Below, in pieces: positions 1 to 16,617 of a DNA stretch of 64,000 bases (position 1 is its first letter; each line of letters opens with the position of its first letter). Location: positions 35,712,001-35,776,000 of the forward strand of contig OZ024750.1 in the NCBI GenBank assembly GCA_964016885.1. The letters run 5' to 3'. The DNA comes from Eledone cirrhosa (Eukaryota). The position numbers and the translations under genes are program-made. Below the pieces are notes generated by a model. It did no database searches, was not told the DNA's origin, and saw nothing but the letters and a program-made list of their open reading frames with translations.

Positions 1-3000
1 ATTATACAGTTACTATATTATACTGTTACTATATTATACTGTTACTATATTATACAGTTACTATATTATACAGTTACTATATTATACTGTTACTATATTA
101 TACTGTTACTATATTATACTGTTAATATATTATACTGTTACTATATTATACAGTTACTATATTATACTGTTACTATATTATACAGTTACTATATTATACT
201 GTTACTATATTATGTAGTTACTATATTATACTGTTACTATATTATGTAGTTACTATATTATACAGTTACTATATTGTAAAGTTACTATATTATACAGTTA
301 CTATATTATACTGTTACTATATTATACAGTTACTATATTATACAGTTACTATACTATACTGTTACTATATTATACAGTTACTATATTATACAGTTACTAT
401 ATTATACTGTTACTATATTATACAGTTACTATATTATACAGTTACTATATTATACAGTTACTATATTATACAGTTACTATATTATACTGTTACTATATTA
501 TACAGTTACTATATTATACAGTTGCTATATTATACTGTTACTATATTATGTAGTTACTATATTATACAGTTACTATATTATACTGTTACTATATTATACT
601 GTTACTATATTATACTGTTACTATATTATACAGTTACTATATTATACTGTTACTATATTATACTGTTACTATATTATACTGTTACTATATTATACTGTTA
701 CTATATTATGTAGTTACTATATTATACTGTTACTATATTATGTAGTTACTATATTATACTATTACTATATTAAACTGTTACTATATTATACTGTTACTAT
801 ATTATACAGTTACTATAATATGTAGTTACTATATTATAAAGTTACTATATTATACAGTTACTATATTATACAGTTACTATATTATACTGTTACTATATTA
901 TGTAGTTACTATATTATACTGTTACTATATTATACTGTTACTATATTATACTGTTACTATATTATACAGTTACTATATTATGTAGTTACTATATTATACA
1001 GTTACTATATTATGTAGTTACTATATTATGTAGTTACTATATTATACTGTTACTATATTATGTAGTTACTATATTATACTGTTACTATATTATACAGTTA
1101 CTATATTATGTAGTTACTATATTATACTGTTACTATATTATACAGTTACTATATTATACTGTTACTATGTTATACAGTTACTATGTTATACTGTTACTAT
1201 ATTATACAGTTACTATATTATACTGTTACTATATTATACAGTTACTATATTATACTGTTACTATATTATAATGTTACTATATTATGTAGTTACTATATTA
1301 TACTGTTACTATATTATGTAGTTACTATATTATACAGTTACTATATTATACAGTTACTATATTATACAGTTACTATATTATACTGTTACTATATTATACA
1401 GTTACTATATTATACTGTTACTATATTATACAGTTACTATATTATACTGTTACTATATTATACTGTTACTATATTATACATTTACTATATTATACTGTTA
1501 CTATATTATACAGTTACTATATTATACAGTTACTATATTATACTGTTACTATATTATACAGTTACTATATTATACTGTTACTATATTATGTAGTTACTAT
1601 ATTATACTGTTACTATATTATGTAGTTACTATATTATACTATTACTATATTATGTAGTTACTATATTATACAGTTACTATATTATACAGTTACTATATTA
1701 TACTGTTACTATATTATACTGTTACTATATTATACTGTTACTATATTATGTAGTTACTATATTATACAGTTACTATATTATACTGTTACTATATTATGTA
1801 GTTACTATATTATACTGTTACTATATTATGTAGTTACTATATTATACAGTTACTATATTATACAGTTACTATATTATACAGTTACTATATTATACAGTTA
1901 CTATATTATACTGTTACTATATTATACAGTTACTATATTATACTGTTACTATATTATACTGTTACTATATTATACTGTTACTATATTATACTGTTACTAT
2001 ATTATGTAGTTACTATATTATACTGTTACTATATTATGTAGTTACTATATTATACTGTTACTATATTATACTGTTACTATATTATACTGTTACTATATTA
2101 TACAGTTACTATAATATGTAGTTACTATATTATAGAGTTACTATATTATTCAGTTACTATATTATACAGTTACTATATTATACTGTTACTATATTATGTA
2201 GTTACTATATTATACTGTTACTATATTATACTGTTACTATATTATACTGATACTATGTTATACAGTTACTATATTATGTAGTTACTATATTATACAGTTA
2301 CTATATTATGTAGTTACTATATTATGTAGTTACTATATTATACTGTTACTATATTATGTAGTTACTATATTATACTGTTACTATATTATACAGTTACTAT
2401 ATTATACTGTTACTATATTATACTGTTACTATATTATGTAGTTACTATATTATACTGTTACTATATTACGTAGTTACTATATTATACTGTTACTATATTA
2501 TACTGTTACTATATTATACTGTTACTCTATTATACAGTTACTATAATATGTAGTTACTATATTATAAAGTTACTATATTATACAGTTACTATATTATACA
2601 GTTACTATATTATACTGTTACTATATTATACTGTTACTATATTATACAGTTACTATATTATGTAGTTACTATATTATACAGTTACTATATTATGTAGTTA
2701 CTATATTATACTGTTACTATATTATACAGTTACTATATTATGTAGTTACTATATTATACTGTTACTATATTATACTGTTACTATATTATACTGTTACTAT
2801 ATTATACAGTTACTATATTATGTAGTTACTATATTATACAGTTACTATATTATGTAGTTACTATATTATGTAGTTACTATATTATACTGTTACTATATTA
2901 TGTAGTTACTATATTATACTGTTACTATATTATACAGTTACTATATTATGTAGTTACTATATTATACTGTTACTATATTATACTGTTACTATATTATACA

Positions 3001-4933
3001 GTTACTATATTATGTAGTTACTATATTATACAGTTACTATATTATACAGTTACTATATTATACTGTTACTATATTATACAGTTACTATATTATACTGTTA
3101 CTATGTTATACAGTTACTATATTATACTGTTACTATATTATACAGTTACTATATTATACTGTTACTATATTATACAGTTACTATATTATAATGTTACTAT
3201 ATTATACTGTTACTATATTATACTGTTACTATGTTATACAGTTACTATATTATACTGTTACTATATTATACAGTTACTATATTATACTGTTACTATATTA
3301 TGTAGTTACTATATTATACTGTTACTATATTATACTGTTACTATATTATACTGTTACTATATTATACAGTTACTATATTATACTGTTACTATATTATACT
3401 GTTACTATATTATACTGTTACTATGTTATACAGTTACTATATTATACTGTTACTATATTATACAGTTACTATATTATACTGTTACTGTATTATGTAGTTA
3501 CTATATTATACTGTTACTATATTATACTGTTACTATATTATGTAGTTACTATATTATACTGTTACTATATTATGTAGTTACTATATTATACAGTTACTAT
3601 ATTATACAGTTACTATATTATACAGTTACTATATTATACTGTTACTATATTATACAGTTACTATATTATACTGTTACTATATTATACAGTTACTATATTA
3701 TACTGTTACTATATTATACTGTTACTATATTATACATTTACTATATTATACTGTTACTATATTATACAGTTACTATATTATACAGTTACTATATTATACT
3801 GTTACTATATTATACTGTTACTATATTATACAGTTACTATATTATACTGTTATTATATTATACAGTTACTATATTATACTGTTACTATATTATACTGTTA
3901 CTATATTATACTGTTACTATATTATACAGTTACTATATTATACTGTTACTATATTATGTAGTTACTATATTATACTGTTACTATATTATGTAGTTACTAT
4001 ATTATACTCTTACTATATTATGTAGTTACTATATTATACAGTTACTATATTATACAGTTACTATATTATACTGTTACTATATTATACTGTTACTATATTA
4101 TGTAGTTACTATATTATACAGTTACTATATTATGTAGTTACTATATTATACTGTTACTATATTATGTAGTTACTATATTATACAGTTACTATATTATACA
4201 GTTACTATATTATACTGTTACTATATTATACAGTTACTATATTATACTGTTACTATATTATGTAGTTACTATATTATACTGTTACTATATTATGTAGTTA
4301 CTATATTATACAGTTACTATATTATACAGTTACTATATTATACAGTTACTATATTATACAGTTACTATATTATACTGTTACTATATTATACAGTTACTAT
4401 ATTATACTGTTACTATATTATACTGTCACTATATTATACTGTTACTATATTATGTAGTTACTATATTATACAGTTACTATACTATACTGTTACTATATTA
4501 TACAGTTACTATATTATACAGTTACTATATTATACTGTTACTATATTATACAGTTACTATATTATACAGTTACTATATTATACTGTTACTATATTATACT
4601 GTTACTATATTATACTGTTACTATATTATACAGTTACTATATTATACTGTTACTATATTATACTGTTACTATATTATACTGTTACTATATTATGTAGTTA
4701 CTATATTATACTGTTACTATATTATGTATTTACTATATTATACAGTTACTATATTATACTGTTACTATATTATACAGATACTATATTATACAGTTATTAT
4801 ATTATACTGTTACTATATTATACAGTTACTATATTATGTAGTTACTATATTATACTGTTACTATATTATACTGTTACTATATTATACAGTTACTATATTA
4901 TACTGTTACTATATTATACAGTTCCTATATTAT

Positions 4934-4973
4934 ACAGTATAATATAGTAACAGTATAATATAGTAACAGTATA
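4934..4973 (-). repeat. Inverted satellite segment #1 (40 bp, about 2.5 reverse ACT monomers)
   Basis: ACAGTATAATATAGTAACAGTATAATATAGTAACAGTATA is the reverse complement of ACT-type monomers. Preceded by a GTTCCT variant monomer. Confidence 0.97.
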
Positions 4974-6321
4974 TTATACAGTTACTATATTATGTAGTTA
5001 CTATATTATACAGTTACTATATTATACAGTTACTATATTATGTAGTTACTATATTATACAGTTACTATATTATACTGTTACTATATTATACAGTTACTAT
5101 ATTATACTGTTACTATATTAAACTGTTACTATATTATACAGTTACTATATTATACTGTTACTATATTATACTGTAACTATATTATGTAGTTACTATATTA
5201 TACAGTTACTATATTATACAGTTACTATATTATACAGTTACTATATTATACAGTTACTATATTATACAGTTACTATATTATACTGTTACTATATTATACA
5301 GTTACTATATTATACTGTTACTATATTATACAGTTACTATATTATACTGTTACTATATTATACTGTTACTATATTATACATTTACTATATTATACTGTTA
5401 CTATATTATACAGTTACTATATTATACAGTTACTATATTATACTGTTACTATATTATACTGTTACTATATTATACAGTTACTATATTATACTGTTACTAT
5501 ATTATACTGTTACTATATTATACTGTTACTATATTATACAGTTACTATATTATACTGTTACTATATTATACTGTTACTATATTATACTGTTACTATATTA
5601 TGTAGTTACTATATTATACAGTTACTATATTATGTAGTTACTATATTATACTGTTACTATATTATACAGTTACTATATTATACAGTTACTATATTATACA
5701 GTTACTATATTATACAGTTACTATATTATACTGTTACTATATTATACAGTTACTATATTATACTGTTACTATATTATACAGTTACTATATTATACTGTTA
5801 CTATATTATACTGTTACTATATTATACATTTACTATATTATACTGTTACTATATTATACAGTTACTATATTATACAGTTACTATATTATACTGTTACTAT
5901 ATTATACTGTTACTATATTATACAGTTACTATATTATACTGTTACTATATTATACAGTTACTATATTATACTGTTACTATATTATACTGTTACTATATTA
6001 TACTGTTACTATATTATACAGTTACTATATTATACTGTTACTATATTATACTGTTACTATATTATACTGTTACTATATTATGTAGTTACTATATTATACA
6101 GTTACTATATTATGTAGTTACTATATTATACTGTTAATATATTATGAAGTTACTATATTATACAGTTACTATATTATACACTTACTATATTATACTGTTA
6201 CTATATTATACAGTTACTATATTATACTGTTACTATATTATGTAGTTACTATATTATACTGTTACTATATTATGTAGTTACTATATTATACTGTTACTAT
6301 ATTATACTGTTACTATATTAT

Positions 6322-6361
6322 ACAGTATAATATAGTAACAGTATAATATAGTAACAGTATA
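6322..6361 (-). repeat. Inverted satellite segment #2 (40 bp), right arm of a perfect 75-bp palindrome at 6287-6361
   Basis: Same inverted 40-mer, with two intact ACT monomers upstream. Followed by CTA-variant monomers. Confidence 0.97.
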
Positions 6362-9300
6362 TTATACAGTTACTATATTATCTAGTTACTATATTATACA
6401 GTTACTATATTATCTAGTTACTATATTATACAGTTACTATATTATACAGTTACTATATTATGTAGTTACTATATTATACAGTTACTATATTATACTGTTA
6501 CTATATTATACAGTTACTATATTATACTGTTACTATATTAAACTGTTACTATATTATACTGTTACTATATTATACTGTTACTATATTATACTGTTACTAT
6601 ATTATGTAGTTACTATATTATACAGTTACTATATTATACAGTTACTATATTATACAGTTACTATATTATACAGTTACTATATTATACAGTTACTATATTA
6701 TACTGTTACTATATTATACAGTTACTATATTATACTGTTACTATATTATACAGTTACTATATTATACTGTTACTATATTATGCTGTTACTATATTATACA
6801 TTTACTATATTATACTGTTACTATATTATACAGTTACTATATTATACTGTTACTATATTATACTGTTACTATATTATACTGTTACTATATTATACTGTTA
6901 CTATATTATACTGTTACTATATTATACTGTTACTATATTATACTGTTACTATATTATGTAGTTACTATATTATACTGTTACTATATTATGTAGTTACTAT
7001 ATTATACTGTTACTATATTATACTGTTACTATATTATACTGTTACTATATTATACAGTTACTATAATATGTAGTTACTATATTATAGAGTTACTTTATTA
7101 TTCAGTTACTATATTATACAGTTACTATATTATACTGTTACTATATTATGTAGTTACTATATTATACTGTTACTATATTATACTGTTACTATATTATACT
7201 GTTACTATGTTATACAGTTACTATATTATGTAGTTACTATATTATACAGTTACTATATTATGTAGTTACTATATTATGTAGTTACTATATTATACTGTTA
7301 CTATATTATGTAGTTACTATATTATACTGTTACTATATTATACAGTTACTATATTATACTGTTACTATATTATACTGTTACTATATTATGTAGTTACTAT
7401 ATTATACTGTTACTATATTACGTAGTTACTATATTATACTGTTACTATATTATACTGTTACTATATTATACTGTTACTCTATTATACAGTTACTATAATA
7501 TGTAGTTACTATATTATAAAGTTACTATATTATACAGTTACTATATTATACAGTTACTATATTATACTGTTACTATATTATACTGTTACTATATTATACA
7601 GTTACTATATTATGTAGTTACTATATTATACAGTTACTATATTATGTAGTTACTATATTATACTGTTACTATATTATACAGTTACTATATTATGTAGTTA
7701 CTATATTATACTGTTACTATATTATACTGTTACTATATTATACTGTTACTATATTATACAGTTACTATATTATGTAGTTACTATATTATACAGTTACTAT
7801 ATTATGTAGTTACTATATTATGTAGTTACTATATTATACTGTTACTATATTATGTAGTTACTATATTATACTGTTACTATATTATACAGTTACTATATTA
7901 TGTAGTTACTATATTATACTGTTACTATATTATACTGTTACTATATTATACAGTTACTATATTATGTATTTACTATATTATACAGTTACTATATTATACA
8001 GTTACTATATTATACTGTTACTATATTATACAGTTACTATATTATACTGTTACTATGTTATACAGTTACTATATTATACTGTTACTATATTATACAGTTA
8101 CTATATTATACTGTTACTATATTATACAGTTACTATATTATAATGTTACTATATTATACTGTTACTATATTATACTGTTACTATGTTATACAGTTACTAT
8201 ATTATACTGTTACTATATTATACAGTTACTATATTATACTGTTACTATATTATGTAGTTACTATATTATACTGTTACTATATTATACTGTTACTATATTA
8301 TACTGTTACTATATTATACAGTTACTATATTATACTGTTACTATATTATACTGTTACTATATTATACTGTTACTATGTTATACAGTTACTATATTATACT
8401 GTTACTATATTATACAGTTACTATATTATACTGTTACTGTATTATGTAGTTACTATATTATACTGTTACTATATTATACTGTTACTATATTATGTAGTTA
8501 CTATATTATACTGTTACTATATTATGTAGTTACTATATTATACAGTTACTATATTATACAGTTACTATATTATACAGTTACTATATTATACTGTTACTAT
8601 ATTATACAGTTACTATATTATACTGTTACTATATTATACAGTTACTATATTATACTGTTACTATATTATACTGTTACTATATTATACATTTACTATATTA
8701 TACTGTTACTATATTATACAGTTACTATATTATACAGTTACTATATTATACTGTTACTATATTATACTGTTACTATATTATACAGTTACTATATTATACT
8801 GTTATTATATTATACAGTTACTATATTATACTGTTACTATATTATACTGTTACTATATTATACTGTTACTATATTATACAGTTACTATATTATACTGTTA
8901 CTATATTATGTAGTTACTATATTATACTGTTACTATATTATGTAGTTACTATATTATACTCTTACTATATTATGTAGTTACTATATTATACAGTTACTAT
9001 ATTATACAGTTACTATATTATACTGTTACTATATTATACTGTTACTATATTATGTAGTTACTATATTATACAGTTACTATATTATGTAGTTACTATATTA
9101 TACTGTTACTATATTATGTAGTTACTATATTATACAGTTACTATATTATACAGTTACTATATTATACTGTTACTATATTATACAGTTACTATATTATACT
9201 GTTACTATATTATGTAGTTACTATATTATACTGTTACTATATTATGTAGTTACTATATTATACAGTTACTATATTATACAGTTACTATATTATACAGTTA

Positions 9301-9837
9301 CTATATTATACAGTTACTATATTATACTGTTACTATATTATACAGTTACTATATTATACTGTTACTATATTATACTGTCACTATATTATACTGTTACTAT
9401 ATTATGTAGTTACTATATTATACAGTTACTATACTATACTGTTACTATATTATACAGTTACTATATTATACAGTTACTATATTATACTGTTACTATATTA
9501 TACAGTTACTATATTATACAGTTACTATATTATACTGTTACTATATTATACTGTTACTATATTATACTGTTACTATATTATACAGTTACTATATTATACT
9601 GTTACTATATTATACTGTTACTATATTATGTATTTACTATATTATACAGTTACTATATTATACTGTTACTATATTATACAGATACTATATTATACAGTTA
9701 TTATATTATACTGTTACTATATTATACAGTTACTATATTATGTAGTTACTATATTATACTGTTACTATATTATACTGTTACTATATTATACAGTTACTAT
9801 ATTATACTGTTACTATATTATACAGTTCCTATATTAT

Positions 9838-9877
9838 ACAGTATAATATAGTAACAGTATAATATAGTAACAGTATA
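9838..9877 (-). repeat. Inverted satellite segment #3 (40 bp)
   Basis: Same inverted 40-mer, GTTCCT upstream. Confidence 0.97.
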
Positions 9878-10905
9878 TTATACAGTTACTATATTATGTA
9901 GTTACTATATTATACAGTTACTATATTATACAGTTACTATATTATGTAGTTACTATATTATACAGTTACTATATTATACTGTTACTATATTATACAGTTA
10001 CTATATTATACTGTTACTATATTAAACTGTTACTATATTATACAGTTACTATATTATACTGTTACTATATTATACTGTAACTATATTATGTAGTTACTAT
10101 ATTATACAGTTACTATATTATACAGTTACTATATTATACAGTTACTATATTATACAGTTACTATATTATACAGTTACTATATTATACTGTTACTATATTA
10201 TACAGTTACTATATTATACTGTTACTATATTATACAGTTACTATATTATACTGTTACTATATTATACTGTTACTATATTATACATTTACTATATTATACT
10301 GTTACTATATTATACAGTTACTATATTATACAGTTACTATATTATACTGTTACTATATTATACTGTTACTATATTATACAGTTACTATATTATACTGTTA
10401 CTATATTATACAGTTACTATATTATACTGTTACTATATTATACTGTTACTATATTATACTGTTACTATATTATACAGTTACTATATTATACTGTTACTAT
10501 ATTATGTAGTTACTATATTATACTGTTACTATTTTATGTAGTTACTATATTATACTGTTACTATATTATGTAGTTACTATATTATGCAGTTACTATATTA
10601 TACAGTTACTATATTATACTGTTACTATATTATACTGTTACTATATTATACTGTTACTATATTATGTAGTTACTATATTATACAGTTACTATATTATGTA
10701 GTTACTATATTATACTGTTAATATATTATGTAGTTACTATATTATACAGTTACTATATTATACACTTACTATATTATACTGTTACTATATTATACAGTTA
10801 CTATATTATACTGTTACTATATTATGTAGTTACTATATTATACTGTTACTATATTATGTAGTTACTATATTATACTGTTACTATGTTATACTGTTACTAT
10901 ATTAT

Positions 10906-10945
10906 ACAGTATAATATAGTAACAGTATAATATAGTAACAGTATA
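10906..10945 (-). repeat. Inverted satellite segment #4 (40 bp)
   Basis: Same inverted 40-mer, CTATGTTA variant upstream, CTA variants downstream. Confidence 0.97.
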
Positions 10946-13900
10946 TTATACAGTTACTATATTATCTAGTTACTATATTATACAGTTACTATATTATCTA
11001 GTTACTATATTATACAGTTACTATATTATACAGTTACTATATTATGTAGTTACTATATTATACAGTTACTATATTATACTGTTACTATATTATACAGTTA
11101 CTATATTATACTGTTACTATATTAAACTGTTACTATATTATACTGTTACTATATTATACTGTTACTATATTATACTGTTACTATATTATGTAGTTACTAT
11201 ATTATACAGTTACTATATTATACAGTTACTATATTATACAGTTACTATATTATACAGTTACTATATTATACAGTTACTATATTATACTGTTACTATATTA
11301 TACAGTTACTATATTATACTGTTACTATATTATACAGTTACTATATTATACTGTTACTATATTATGCTGTTACTATATTATACATTTACTATATTATACT
11401 GTTACTATATTATACAGTTACTATATTATACTGTTACTATGTTATACAGTTACTATGTTATACTGTTACTATATTATACAGTTACTATATTATACTGTTA
11501 CTATATTATACAGTTACTATATTATACTGTTACTATATTATAATGTTACTATATTATGTAGTTACTATATTATACTGTTACTATATTATGTAGTTACTAT
11601 ATTATACAGTTACTATATTATACAGTTACTATATTATACAGTTACTATATTATACTGTTACTATATTATACAGTTACTATATTATACTGTTACTATATTA
11701 TACAGTTACTATATTATACTGTTACTATATTATACTGTTACTATATTATACATTTACTATATTATACTGTTACTATATTATACAGTTACTATATTATACA
11801 GTTACTATATTATACTGTTACTATATTATACAGTTACTATATTATACTGTTACTATATTATGTAGTTACTATATTATACTGTTACTATATTATGTAGTTA
11901 CTATATTATACTATTACTATATTATGTAGTTACTATATTATACAGTTACTATATTATACAGTTACTATATTATACTGTTACTATATTATACTGTTACTAT
12001 ATTATACTGTTACTATATTATGTAGTTACTATATTATACAGTTACTATATTATACTGTTACTATATTATGTAGTTACTATATTATACTGTTACTATATTA
12101 TGTAGTTACTATATTATACAGTTACTATATTATACAGTTACTATATTATACAGTTACTATATTATACAGTTACTATATTATACTGTTACTATATTATACA
12201 GTTACTATATTATACTGTTACTATATTATACTGTTACTATATTATACTGTTACTATATTATACTGTTACTATATTATGTAGTTACTATATTATACTGTTA
12301 CTATATTATGTAGTTACTATATTATACTGTTACTATATTATACTGTTACTATATTATACTGTTACTATATTATACAGTTACTATAATATGTAGTTACTAT
12401 ATTATAGAGTTACTATATTATTCAGTTACTATATTATACAGTTACTATATTATACTGTTACTATATTATGTAGTTACTATATTATACTGTTACTATATTA
12501 TACTGTTACTATATTATACTGATACTATGTTATACAGTTACTATATTATGTAGTTACTATATTATACAGTTACTATATTCTGTAGTTACTATATTATGTA
12601 GTTACTATATTATACTGTTACTATATTATGTAGTTACTATATTATACTGTTACTATATTATACAGTTACTATATTATACTGTTACTATATTATACTGTTA
12701 CTATATTATGTAGTTACTATATTATACTGTTACTATATTACGTAGTTACTATATTATACTGTTACTATATTATACTGTTACTATATTATACTGTTACTCT
12801 ATTATACAGTTACTATAATATGTAGTTACTATATTATAAAGTTACTATATTATACAGTTACTATATTATACAGTTACTATATTATACTGTTACTATATTA
12901 TACTGTTACTATATTATACAGTTACTATATTATGTAGTTACTATATTATACAGTTACTATATTATGTAGTTACTATATTATACTGTTACTATATTATACA
13001 GTTACTATATTATGTAGTTACTATATTATACTGTTACTATATTATACTGTTACTATATTATACTGTTACTATATTATACAGTTACTATATTATGTAGTTA
13101 CTATATTATACAGTTACTATATTATGTAGTTACTATATTATGTAGTTACTATATTATACTGTTACTATATTATGTAGTTACTATATTATACTGTTACTAT
13201 ATTATACAGTTACTATATTATGTAGTTACTATATTATACTGTTACTATATTATACTGTTACTATATTATACAGTTACTATATTATGTAGTTACTATATTA
13301 TACAGTTACTATATTATACAGTTACTATATTATACTGTTACTATATTATACAGTTACTATATTATACTGTTACTATGTTATACAGTTACTATATTATACT
13401 GTTACTATATTATACAGTTACTATATTATACTGTTACTATATTATACAGTTACTATATTATAATGTTACTATATTATACTGTTACTATATTATACTGTTA
13501 CTATGTTATACAGTTACTATATTATACTGTTACTATATTATACAGTTACTATATTATACTGTTACTATATTATGTAGTTACTATATTATACTGTTACTAT
13601 ATTATACTGTTACTATATTATACTGTTACTATATTATACAGTTACTATATTATACTGTTACTATATTATACTGTTACTATATTATACTGTTACTATGTTA
13701 TACAGTTACTATATTATACTGTTACTATATTATACAGTTACTATATTATACTGTTACTGTATTATGTAGTTACTATATTATACTGTTACTATATTATACT
13801 GTTACTATATTATGTAGTTACTATATTATACTGTTACTATATTATGTAGTTACTATATTATACAGTTACTATATTATACAGTTACTATATTATACAGTTA

Positions 13901-15205
13901 CTATATTATACTGTTACTATATTATACAGTTACTATATTATACTGTTACTATATTATACAGTTACTATATTATACTGTTACTATATTATACTGTTACTAT
14001 ATTATACATTTACTATATTATACTGTTACTATATTATACAGTTACTATATTATACAGTTACTATATTATACTGTTACTATATTATACTGTTACTATATTA
14101 TACAGTTACTATATTATACTGTTATTATATTATACAGTTACTATATTATACTGTTACTATATTATACTGTTACTATATTATACTGTTACTATATTATACA
14201 GTTACTATATTATACTGTTACTATATTATGTAGTTACTATATTATACTGTTACTATATTATGTAGTTACTATATTATACTCTTACTATATTATGTAGTTA
14301 CTATATTATACAGTTACTATATTATACAGTTACTATATTATACTGTTACTATATTATACTGTTACTATATTATGTAGTTACTATATTATACAGTTACTAT
14401 ATTATGTAGTTACTATATTATACTGTTACTATATTATGTAGTTACTATATTATACAGTTACTATATTATACAGTTACTATATTATACTGTTACTATATTA
14501 TACAGTTACTATATTATACTGTTACTATATTATGTAGTTACTATATTATACTGTTACTATATTATGTAGTTACTATATTATACAGTTACTATATTATACA
14601 GTTACTATATTATACAGTTACTATATTATACAGTTACTATATTATACTGTTACTATATTATACAGTTACTATATTATACTGTTACTATATTATACTGTCA
14701 CTATATTATACTGTTACTATATTATGTAGTTACTATATTATACAGTTACTATACTATACTGTTACTATATTATACAGTTACTATATTATACAGTTACTAT
14801 ATTATACTGTTACTATATTATACAGTTACTATATTATACAGTTACTATATTATACTGTTACTATATTATACTGTTACTATATTATACTGTTACTATATTA
14901 TACAGTTACTATATTATACTGTTACTATATTATACTGTTACTATATTATACTGTTACTATATTATGTAGTTACTATATTATACTGTTACTATATTATGTA
15001 TTTACTATATTATACAGTTACTATATTATACTGTTACTATATTATACAGATACTATATTATACAGTTATTATATTATACTGTTACTATATTATACAGTTA
15101 CTATATTATGTAGTTACTATATTATACTGTTACTATATTATACTGTTACTATATTATACAGTTACTATATTATACTGTTACTATATTATACAGTTCCTAT
15201 ATTAT

Positions 15206-15229
15206 ACAGTATAATATAGTAACAGTATA
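15206..15229 (-). repeat. Inverted satellite segment #5 (24 bp, one monomer shorter)
   Basis: ACAGTATAATATAGTAACAGTATA, GTTCCT upstream. Paralogue of #1 at offset 10,272. Confidence 0.97.
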
Positions 15230-16577
15230 TTATACAGTTACTATATTATGTAGTTACTATATTATACAGTTACTATATTATACAGTTACTATATTATGTA
15301 GTTACTATATTATACAGTTACTATATTATACTGTTACTATATTATACAGTTACTATATTATACTGTTACTATATTAAACTGTTACTATATTATACAGTTA
15401 CTATATTATACTGTTACTATATTATACTGTAACTATATTATGTAGTTACTATATTATACAGTTACTATATTATACAGTTACTATATTATACAGTTACTAT
15501 ATTATACAGTTACTATATTATACAGTTACTATATTATACTGTTACTATATTATACAGTTACTATATTATACTGTTACTATATTATACAGTTACTATATTA
15601 TACTGTTACTATATTATACTGTTACTATATTATACATTTACTATATTATACTGTTACTATATTATACAGTTACTATATTATACAGTTACTATATTATACT
15701 GTTACTATATTATACTGTTACTATATTATACAGTTACTATATTATACTGTTACTATATTATACTGTTACTATATTATACTGTTACTATATTATACAGTTA
15801 CTATATTATACTGTTACTATATTATACTGTTACTATATTATACTGTTACTATATTATGTAGTTACTATATTATACAGTTACTATATTATGTAGTTACTAT
15901 ATTATACTGTTACTATATTATACAGTTACTATATTATACAGTTACTATATTATACAGTTACTATATTATACAGTTACTATATTATACTGTTACTATATTA
16001 TACAGTTACTATATTATACTGTTACTATATTATACAGTTACTATATTATACTGTTACTATATTATACTGTTACTATATTATACATTTACTATATTATACT
16101 GTTACTATATTATACAGTTACTATATTATACAGTTACTATATTATACTGTTACTATATTATACTGTTACTATATTATACAGTTACTATATTATACTGTTA
16201 CTATATTATACAGTTACTATATTATACTGTTACTATATTATACTGTTACTATATTATACTGTTACTATATTATACAGTTACTATATTATACTGTTACTAT
16301 ATTATACTGTTACTATATTATACTGTTACTATATTATGTAGTTACTATATTATACAGTTACTATATTATGTAGTTACTATATTATACTGTTAATATATTA
16401 TGAAGTTACTATATTATACAGTTACTATATTATACACTTACTATATTATACTGTTACTATATTATACAGTTACTATATTATACTGTTACTATATTATGTA
16501 GTTACTATATTATACTGTTACTATATTATGTAGTTACTATATTATACTGTTACTATATTATACTGTTACTATATTAT

Positions 16578-16617
16578 ACAGTATAATATAGTAACAGTAT
16601 AATATAGTAACAGTATA
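16578..16617 (-). repeat. Inverted satellite segment #6 (40 bp), right arm of a perfect 75-bp palindrome at 16543-16617
   Basis: Paralogue of #2 at offset 10,256. Confidence 0.97.

Larger units (their letters stand above)
1940..10409 (+). repeat. Nested duplication inside the 10.26-kb unit: about 1940-5505 versus 6892-10409 (offset 4,952 then 4,904), also present in the second 10-kb copy
   Basis: Shared rare variants (TAATATGTAG..AGA..TCA, CGTA, CTCT, GTCACT, GATACT, GTTCCT plus inversion). Pseudo-ORFs 3103/8055 and 4724/9628 are identical. Confidence 0.88.

Noticed and set aside
765-780. TTAAACT marker at about 772 without an upstream inversion, as a possible pre-inversion ancestral copy
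   Set aside because: The surrounding allele string does not match the post-inversion string, so an independent T>A substitution is the simpler explanation.
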